DNA of 10,809 nucleotides, taken from positions 1 through 10,809 of the forward strand of contig SMMR01000022.1 in the NCBI GenBank assembly GCA_012295275.1, written 5' to 3'. The stretch is from Chrysomallon squamiferum (lineage: Eukaryota; Animalia; Mollusca). Below, one piece after another: positions 1 to 9,900 of the stretch (its first letter is position 1; the number at the start of each line of letters is the position of its first letter). The translations under genes and the position numbers were made by a program. A model generated the notes under the pieces. That model worked only from the letters and a program-made list of their open reading frames with translations. It searched no databases and was not told the origin of the DNA.

Positions 1-3000
1 CATTCTCACTTACTTAGTTACTTGCTTCCTTGCTTACTTAGGTCATTATTTACGTAATTACTTAATTTATTTCTTACTTAGATAATTGTTAACGTTCTTA
101 CTTGCATTCTCATTACTTAGAAACTTGCATCCTTGCTTACTTAGGTCATTATTTACGTACTTAATTACGTTCTTACTTAGATAATTGTTAATGTACAAAT
201 TTGCATTTTTTCACTTATTTGCTCGCTTCCTTGCCAACTTAGATCATTATTTACGTATTTACTTACTTTACTTTTCTTTCCTAGATAGATAATTGTTGTT
301 ACTTACTTACTTAGGTTACCATTTACTAACTTACTCGCTTACTTGCTAACCTAGGACATTAGTTAAGTACTTACTTACATTCTTACTCACATAATTGAAC
401 TATACTGACATGCATTCTCACTTACTTAGTTACTTTGCTTCCTTGCTTACTTAGGTCATTATTTACTTAATTATTTTTTTACTTAATAATTGTTTAATTT
501 ATTTCTTACTTTTAGATAATTGTTAACGTTTTATTTACTTACTTTGCATTCTTCTTACTTAGAAACTTGCATCCTTGCTTACTTAGGTCATTATTTACGT
601 ACTTAATTACGTTCTTACTTAGATAATTGTTAATGTACAAATTTGCATTTTCACTTATTTGCTCGCTTCCTTGCCAACTTAGATCATTATTTACGTACTT
701 ACTTACTTTCTTTCCTAGATAGATAATTGTTAATGTACTTACTTAGGTTACCATTTACTAACTTACTCGCTTACTTGCTAACCTAGGACATTAGTTTACT
801 TACTTACATTTTTACTTACATTCTTACTCACATAATTGTAACTATACTGACATGCATTCTCACTTACTTAGTTACTTGCTTCCTTGCTTACTTAGGTCAT
901 TATTTACGTAATTACTTATTTATTTCTTACTTAATAATTGTTAACGTTCTTACTTGCATTCTCATTTACTTAGAAACTTGCATCCTTGCTTACTTAGGTC
1001 TTTATTTACGTACTTAATTACGTTCTTACTTAGATAATTGTTAATGTACAAATTTGCATTTTCACTTATTTGCTCGCTTCCTTGCCAACTTAGATCATTA
1101 TTACTTACTTACTTTTTTTTCTTTTCTTTCCTAGATAGATAATTGTTAACTTACTTAGGTTACCATTTACCATTTACTAACTTACTGCTTACCTAGGACA
1201 TTAACCTAGGACATTAGTTAAGTACTTACTTACATTCTTACTCACATAATTGTAACTATACTGACATGCATTCTCACTTACTTAGTTACTTGCTTCCTTG
1301 CTTACTTAGGTCCTTATTTACGTAATTACTTAATTTATTTCTTACTTAAATAATTGTTAAGGTTCTTACTTGCATTATCATTCACTTAGAAACTTGCATC
1401 CTTGCTTACTTAGGTCATTATTTACGTACTTAATTACGTTCTTACTTAGATAATTGTTAATGTACAAATTTGCATTTTCACTTAGTTTGCTCGCTTCCTT
1501 GCCAACTTAGATCATTATTTACGTACTTACTTACTTTCTTTCCTAGATAGATAATTGTTAATGTACTTACTTAGGTTACCATTTTAACTTTACCACTTTA
1601 ACCTAGGACATTAGTTAAGTACTTACTTACATTCTTTCACACTAATTAATTAGTTAACATTATTACTTACTTACTTAATTGTAATTCTTGCTTTCTTACT
1701 CATTAATTGTTACTTTACTGACTTACTTATGCATTCTTACTTACTTATTTTACTTTACTTTTATTTATTTATTTAATAATTAATTAATTATTTATTAATT
1801 ACTTTTAATTTATTTCTTACTTAGATAATTGTTAACGTTCTTACTTGCATTCTTCACTTACTTAGAAACTTGCATCCTTGTTACTTTTATTTTAGGTCAT
1901 TATTTACGTACTTAATTACGTTCTTACTTAGATAATTGTTAATGTACAAATTTGCATTTTCACTTATTTGCTCGCTTCCTTGCCAACTTAGATCATTATT
2001 TACGTACTTACTTACTTTCTTTCCTAGATAGATAATTGTTAATGTACTTACTTAGGTTACCATTTACTAACTTACTCGCTTACTTGCTAACCTAGGACAT
2101 TAGTTAAGTACTTACTTACATTCTTACTCACATAATTGTAACTACATAATTGCATAACTCATGACACTGACATCTCATTTCTCACTTACTTCCTTACTTG
2201 CTTCTTTATTTACTTAGGTCATTATTTACGTAATTACTTAATTTATTTCTTACTTAGATAATTGTTAACGTTCGTTACTTGCATTCTCAATTACTTAGAA
2301 ACTTGCATCCTTGCTTACTTAGGTCATTATTTACGTACTTAATTACGTTCTTACTTAGATAATTGTTAATACAAATTTGCATTTTTGCATTTTTCACTTA
2401 TTTGCTCGCTTCCTTGCCAACTTAGATCATTATTTATTACTTACTTACTTACTTTCTTTCCTAGATAGATAATTGTTAATGTACTTATTTTAGGTTACCA
2501 TTTACTAACTTACTCGCTTACTTTGCTAACCTAGGACATTAGTTAAGTACTTACTTACATTCTTACTCACATAATTGTAACTATACTGACATGCATTCTC
2601 ACTTACTTAGTTACTTGCTTCCTTGCTTACTTAGGTCATTATTTACGTAATTACTTAATTTATTTCTTACTTAAATAATTGTTAACGTTCTTACTTGCAT
2701 TCTCATTCATTTTAGAAACTTGCATCCTTGCTTACTTTCATTATTTAGAAACTTGCGTTTACTTGCTTACTTAGTTCAATTTTTTTTTTTTAATTAATTT
2801 TGTTTACTTAGATAATTGTTAATGTACAAATTTGCATTTTCACTTATTTGCTCGCTTCCTTGCCAACTTAGATCATTATTTATTTACTTTTTTTACTTAC
2901 TTTTTTTCCTAGATAGATAATTGTTAATTTACTTACTTAGGTTACCATTTACTAACTTTACGCTTACTTGCTAACCTAGGACATTAGTTAAGTACTTACT

Positions 3001-5550
3001 TACTTACATTCTTACTCACATAATTGTAACTATACTGACATGCATTTACTTACTTTAGTTACTTTTTTTTTTTTGCTTATTTAGGTCATTATTTACGTAA
3101 TTATTTATTTTTATTTCTTACTTAGATAATTGTTAACGTTCTTACTTGCATTTCTCATTACTTAGAAACTTGCATCATCCTTACTTAGGTCATTTAGGTC
3201 ATTATTATTTACGTTAACTTAATTACGTTCTTATTTAGATAATTGCATTTAATGTACAATTTTTGCATTTTTATTTATTTGCTTGCTTCCTTTCCTTGCC
3301 AACTTAGATCATTATTTACGTACTTACTTTTACTTTTCTTTCCTAGATAGATAATTGTTAATGTACTTTTAGGTTACCATTTACTAACTTACTCGCTTAC
3401 TTTGCTAACCTAGGACATTAGTTACTTACTTACTTTACATTCATTACTCACATAATTGTAACTATACTGACATGCATTCTTACTTAGTTTACTTACTTAG
3501 GTTTGCTTTGCTTCCTTGCTTATTTAGGTCATTATTTATTTAATTATTTTAATTTATTTCTTACTTAGATAATTGTTAACGTTCTTACTTGCATTCTCAT
3601 TACTTAGAAACTTTGCATCCTTGCTTTAGGTCATTATTTTTACGTACTTAATTACGTTCTTACTTAGATAATTGTTAATGTACAAATTTTGCATTTTTCT
3701 TACTTATTTGCTCGCTTCCTTGCCAACTTAGATCATTATTTTTACTTTACTTACTTACTTTTTTTCCTAGATAGATAATTGTTTAATACTTACTTAGGTT
3801 TTTAGGTTACCATTTACTAACTTACTCGCTTACTTGCTAACCTAGGACATTAGTTACTTACTTACTTACATTCTTACTCACATAATTGTAACTATACTGA
3901 CATGCATTTCACTTACTTACTTTACTTACTTGCTTCCTTGCTTACTTAGGTCATTATTTACGTAATTATTTTTTAATTTATTTCTTACTTAGATAATTGT
4001 TAACGTTCTTACTTGCATTCTCACTTACTTAGAAACTTGCATCCTTGCTTACTTAGGTCATTTATTTTTACGTACTTTAATTACGTTTCTTACTTAGATA
4101 ATTGTTAAATTGCATTTTACAAATTTGCATTTTTTCATTTTATTTTATTTTAGCTTCCTTGCCAATTAGATCATTATTTACGTACTTACTTTACTTTTCT
4201 TCCTAGAGATAGATAATTAATTGTACTACTTAGGTTACCATTTACTAACTTTTCGCTTACTTTAACTAGGACATTTAACTAACTTACTTACTTAGCTTAC
4301 TTACTAACCTAGGACATTAGTTAACTATTACTTACTTACATACTTACTCACATAATTGTTAACTATACTTGACATGCATTTATTTTACTTACTTACTTGC
4401 TTCCTTTATTTACTTAGGTTAATTATTATTTACGTAATTATTTTAATTTATTATAATTTACTTAGATAATTGTTAACGTGCTTACTTGCATTCTCACTTT
4501 TACTTAGAAACTTGCATCCTTACTTTTTATTATTTAGGTCATTATTTACGTATTTAATTATTTTCTTATTTTAGATAATTGTTAATTACAAATTTGCATT
4601 TTCATTTATTTCTTTCTTCCTTGCCAACTTAGATCATTATTTACGTACTTACTTACTTTCTTTCCTAGATAGATAATTGTTAATGTACTTACTTAGGTTA
4701 CCATTTACTAACTTACTCGCTTACTTGCTAACCTAGGACATTAGTTAACTTTACTCACATAATTGTAACTTACATTGCATTCTCACATAATTGTAACTTA
4801 TACTTGACATGCATTCTCTTACTTACTTAGTTACTTGCTTTTTATTTACTTTTGCATTTATTTCTTAATTATTATTTACGTAATTACTTTAATTTTATTT
4901 TCTTACTTAAATAATTGTTAACGTTCTTACTTGCATTCTCATTTACTTAGAAACTTGCATCCTTGCTTACTTAGGTCATTATTTACGTACTTAATTACGT
5001 TCTTACTTAGATAATTGTTAATGTACAAATTTGCATTTTTTTCACTTATTTGCTCGCTTCCTTTCAACTTAGATCATTATTTTATTTACTTTTCTTTATT
5101 TTTACTTTTTTCCTAGATAGATAATTGTTAATGTACTTACTTAGGTTACCATTTACTAACTTACTCGCTTACTTTGCTAACCTAGGACATTAGTTACTTA
5201 CTTACTTACATTCTTACTCACATAATTGTAACTATACTGACATGCATTCTCACTTACTTAGTTACTTGCTTCCTTGCTTACTTCTTAGGTCATTATTTAC
5301 GTAATAATTTAATTTAATTTTATTTCTTAGATTAATGTTGTTAATTTTGCATTCTTACTTGAAATTCTCATCCTTTTACTTAGGAAATTATTGCATCCTT
5401 AATTACTTAGGTCATTATTTTATGTACTTAATTACGTTCTTATTTTAGATAATTGTTATTTGTACAAATTTGCATTTTCAGATAATTTTTTTTGCTAGCT
5501 TCCTTTGATCAACTTAGATCATTATTTACGTTACTTTTTTACTTTTTTCC
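1..5550. other. Degenerate, error-rich part of the array (probably low-quality long-read or consensus sequence)
   Basis: All 13 monomers starting in this interval are 412-472 bp rather than 404 bp. They contain expanded T runs (T12 at 2780-2791 and 3063-3074) and private short duplications not shared between copies. Confidence 0.65.
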
Positions 5551-6507
5551 TAGATAGATAATTGTTAATGTACTTACTTAGGTTACCATTTACTAACTTA
5601 CTCGCTTACTTGCTAACCTAGGACATTAGTTAAGTACTTACTTACATTCTTACTCACATAATTGTAACTATACTGACATGCATTCTCACTTACTTAGTTA
5701 CTTGCTTCCTTGCTTACTTAGGTCCTTATTTACGTAATTACTTAATTTATTTCTTACTTAAATAATTGTTAACGTTCTTACTTGCATTCTCAATTACTTA
5801 GAAACTTGCATCCTTGCTTACTTAGGTCATTATTTACGTACTTAATTACGTTCTTACTTAGATAATTGTTAATGTACAAATTTGCATTTTCACTTAGTTG
5901 CTCGCTTCCTTGCCAACTTAGATCATTATTTACGTACTTACTTACTTTTCTTCCTAGATAGATAATTGTTAATGTACTTACTTAGGTTACCATTTACTAA
6001 CTTACTCGCTTACTTTCTAACCTAGGACATTAGTTAAGTACTTACTTACATTCTTACTCACATAATTGTAACTATACTGACATGCATTCTCACTTACTTA
6101 GTTACTTGCTTCCTTGCTTACTTAGGTCATTATTTACGTAATTACTTAATTTATTTCTTACTTAAATAATTGTTAACGTTCTTACTTGCATTATCATTCA
6201 CTTAGAAACTTGCATCCTTGCTTACTTAGGGTTAATTATTTACGTACTTAATTACGTTCTTACTTAGATAATTGTTAATGTACAAATTTGTACAAATTTG
6301 AATTTCACTTTTTCACTTATTTGCTCGCTTCCTTGCCAACTTAGATCATTATTTACGTACTTACTTACTTTCTTTCCTAGATAGATAATTGTTAATGTAC
6401 TTACTTAGGTTACCATTTACTAACTTACTCGCTTACTTGCTAACCTAGGACATTAGTTAAGTACTTACTTACATTCTTACTCACATAATTGTAACTATAC
6501 TGACATG

Positions 6508-6611
6508 CATTCTCACTTACTTAGTTACTTGCTTCCTTGCTTACTTAGGTCATTATTTACGTAATTACTTAATTTATTTCTTACTTAGATAATTGTTAAC
6601 GTGCTTACTTG
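6508..6611. repeat. Subunit A (104 bp, 26 tetramers) of the reference monomer
   Basis: CATTCTCACTTACTTAGTTAC...AGGTCATTATTTACGTAATTAC...AGATAATTGTTAACG. Aligns to subunit B with one 4-bp gap and 11 mismatches over 100 bp. Confidence 0.9.
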
Positions 6612-6711
6612 CATTCTCACTTACTTAGAAACTTGCATCCTTGCTTACTTAGGTCATTATTTACGTACTTAATTACGTTCTTACTTAGATAATTGTTAAT
6701 GTACAAATTTG
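6612..6711. repeat. Subunit B (100 bp, 25 tetramers) of the reference monomer
   Basis: CATTCTCACTTACTTAGAAAC...AGGTCATTATTTACGTAC...AGATAATTGTTAATGTACAAATTTG. Same motif order as subunit A. Confidence 0.9.
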
Positions 6712-6811
6712 CATTTTCACTTATTTGCTCGCTTCCTTGCCAACTTAGATCATTATTTACGTACTTACTTACTTTCTTTCCTAGATAGATAATTGTTAAT
6801 GTACTTACTTA
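6712..6811. repeat. Subunit C (100 bp, 25 tetramers) of the reference monomer
   Basis: CATTTTCACTTA...CTCGCTTCCTTGCCAACTTAGATCATTATTTACGTAC...AGATAATTGTTAATG. Its ATAATTGT is exactly 100 bp after that of subunit B. Confidence 0.88.
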
Positions 6812-6911
6812 GGTTACCATTTACTAACTTACTCGCTTACTTGCTAACCTAGGACATTAGTTAAGTACTTACTTACATTCTTACTCACATAATTGTAACT
6901 ATACTGACATG
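6812..6911. repeat. Subunit D (100 bp, 25 tetramers; most diverged) of the reference monomer
   Basis: GGTTACC...CTCGCTTACTTGCTAACCTAGGACATTAGTTAAGTAC...ACATAATTGTAAC. Its core aligns to subunit C with 7 mismatches in 44 bp, and its ATAATTGT is exactly 100 bp after that of subunit C. Confidence 0.85.
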
Positions 6912-9900
6912 CATTCTCACTTACTTAGTTACTTGCTTCCTTGCTTACTTAGGTCCTTATTTACGTAATTACTTAATTTATTTCTTACTTAAATAATTGT
7001 TAACGTTCTTACTTGCATTATCATTCACTTAGAAACTTGCATCCTTGCTTACTTAGGTCATTATTTACGTACTTAATTACGTTCTTACTTAGATAATTGT
7101 TAATGTACAAATTTGCATTTTCACTTAGTTGCTCGCTTCCTTGCCAACTTAGATCATTATTTACGTACTTACTTACTTTCTTTCCTAGATAGATAATTGT
7201 TAATGTACTTACTTAGGTTACCATTTACTAACTTACTCGCTTACTTGCTAACCTAGGACATTAGTTAAGTACTTACTTACATTCTTACTCACATAATTGT
7301 AACTATACTGACATGCATTCTCACTTTTTTACTTACTTGGTTCCTTGCTTACTTAGGTCCTTATTTACGTAATTACTTAATTTGTTTCTTACTTAAATAA
7401 TTGTTAACGTTCTTACTTGCATTATCATTCACTTAGAAACTTGCATCCTTGCTTACTTAGGTCATTATTTACGTACTTAATTACGTTCTTACTTAGATAA
7501 TTGTTAATGTACAAATTTGCATTTTCACTTATTTGCTCGCTTCCTTGCCAACTTAGATCATTATTTATTTACTTACTTACTTACTTTTTTTCTTTCCTAG
7601 ATAGATAGATAATTGTTAATGTACTTACTTAGGTTACCATTTACTAACTTACTCGCTTACTTGCTAACCTAGGACATTAGTTAAGTACTTACTTACATTC
7701 TTACTCACATAATTGTAACTATACTGACATGCATTCTCACTTACTTACTTACTTGCTTCCTTGCTTACTTAGGTCATTATTTACGTAATTACTTAATTTA
7801 TTTCTTACTTAGATAATTGTTAACGTGCTTACTTGCATTCTCACTTACTTAGAAACTTGCATCCTTGCTTACTTAGGTCATTATTTACGTACTTAATTAC
7901 GTTCTTACTTAGATAATTGTTAATGTACAAATTTGCATTTTCACTTAGTTGCTCGCTTCCTTGCCAACTTAGATCATTATTTACGTACTTACTTACTTTC
8001 CTTCCTAGATAGATAATTGTTAATGTACTTACTTAGGTTACCATTTACTAACTTACTCGCTTACTTGCTAACCTAGGACATTAGTTAAGTACTTACTTAC
8101 ATTCTTACTCACATAATTGTAACTATACTGACATGCATTCTCACTTACTTAGTTACTTGCTTCCTTGCTTACTTAGGTCATTATTTTATTTACGTAATTA
8201 CTTAATTTATTTCTTACTTAGATAATTGTTAACGTTCTTATTTTGCATTCTCACTTACTTAGAAACTTGCATCCTTGCTTACTTTAGGTCATTATTTACG
8301 TACTTAATTACGTTCTTACTTAGATAATTGTTAATGTACAAATTTGCATTTTCACTTATTTGCTCTTCCTTCTTTGCCAACTTAGATCATTATTTTACTT
8401 ACTTACTTACTTCTTTTCTTCCTAGATAGATAATTGTTAATGTACTTACTTAGGTTACCATTTACTAACTTACTCGCTTACTTGCTAACCTAGGACATTA
8501 GTTAATTGTTACTTACTTACATTCTTACTCACATAATTGTAACTATACTGACATGCATTCTCTTACTTACTTACTTACTTCTTACTTACTTCCTTGCTTA
8601 CTTAGGTCATTATTTACGTAATTATTTAATTATTTAATTTTAATTTATTTATTCTTACTTAATAATTGTTAACGTGCTTACTTGCATTCTCACTTACTTA
8701 GAAACTTGCATCCTTGCTTACTTAGGTCATTATTTACGTACTTAATTACGTTCTTACTTAGATAATTGTTAATGTACAAATTTGCATTTTCACTTATTTG
8801 CTCGCTTCCTTGCCAACTTAGATCATTATTTACGTACTTACTTACTTACTTTCTTTCCTAGATAGATAATTGTTAATGTACTTACTTAGGTTACCATTTA
8901 CTAACTTACTCGCTTACTTGCTAACCTAGGACATTAGTTAAGTACTTACTTACATTCTTACTCACATAATTGTAACTATACTGACATGCATTCTCACTTA
9001 CTTAGTTACTTGCTTCCTTGCTTACTTAGGTCATTATTTACGTAATTACTTAATTTATTTCTTACTTAGATAATTGTTAACGTTCTTACTTGCATTCTCA
9101 TTTACTTAGAAACTTGCATCCTTGCTTACTTACTTAGGTCATTATTTACGTACTTAATTACGTTCTTACTTAGATAATTGTTAATGTACAAATTTGCATT
9201 TTCACTTAGTTGCTCGCTTCCTTGCCAACTTAGATCATTATTTACGTACTTACTTACTTTTCTTCCTAGATAGATAATTGTTAATGTACTTACTTAGGTT
9301 ACCATTTACTAACTTACTCGCTTACTTTCTAACCTAGGACATTAGTTAAGTACTTACTTACATTCTTACTCACATAATTGTAACTATACTGACATGCATT
9401 CTCACTTACTTAGTTACTTGCTTCCTTGCTTACTTAGGTCATTATTTACGTAATTACTTAATTTATTTCTTACTTAGATAATTGTTAACGTGCTTACTTG
9501 CATTCTCACTTACTTAGAAACTTGCATCCTTGCTTACTTAGGTCATTATTTACGTACTTAATTACGTTCTTACTTAGATAATTGTTAATGTACAAATTTG
9601 CATTTTCACTTAGTTGCTCGCTTCCTTGCCAACTTAGATCATTATTTACGTACTTACTTACTTTTCTTCCTAGATAGATAATTGTTAATGTACTTACTTA
9701 GGTTACCATTTACTAACTTACTCGCTTACTTGCTAACCTAGGACATTAGTTAAGTACTTACTTACATTCTTACTCACATAATTGTAACTATACTGACATG
9801 CATTCTCACTTACTTAGTTACTTGCTTCCTTGCTTACTTAGGTCATTATTTACGTAATTACTTAATTTATTTCTTACTTAGATAATTGTTAACGTTCTTA

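Larger units (their letters stand above)
6508..6911. repeat. Representative clean 404-bp monomer (subunits A-B-C-D)
   Basis: Near-identical to the adjacent copy 6912-7315 and to 10207-10610. Hand count: A106 C80 G42 T176. Carries single CCTAGG, TGTACA and GGTTACC sites, with ATGCAT spanning each monomer junction. Confidence 0.95.

Noticed and set aside
6545-6815. Arthropod telomeric motif TTAGG
   Set aside because: Only three isolated copies occur per monomer and they are never tandem. They arise from CTTA followed by GG.
6822-6828. Branch-point consensus TACTAAC, once per monomer
   Set aside because: It is one substitution away from the TACTTAC backbone, and it lies on the opposite strand from the GTAAGT donor-like motifs, so it does not define an intron.
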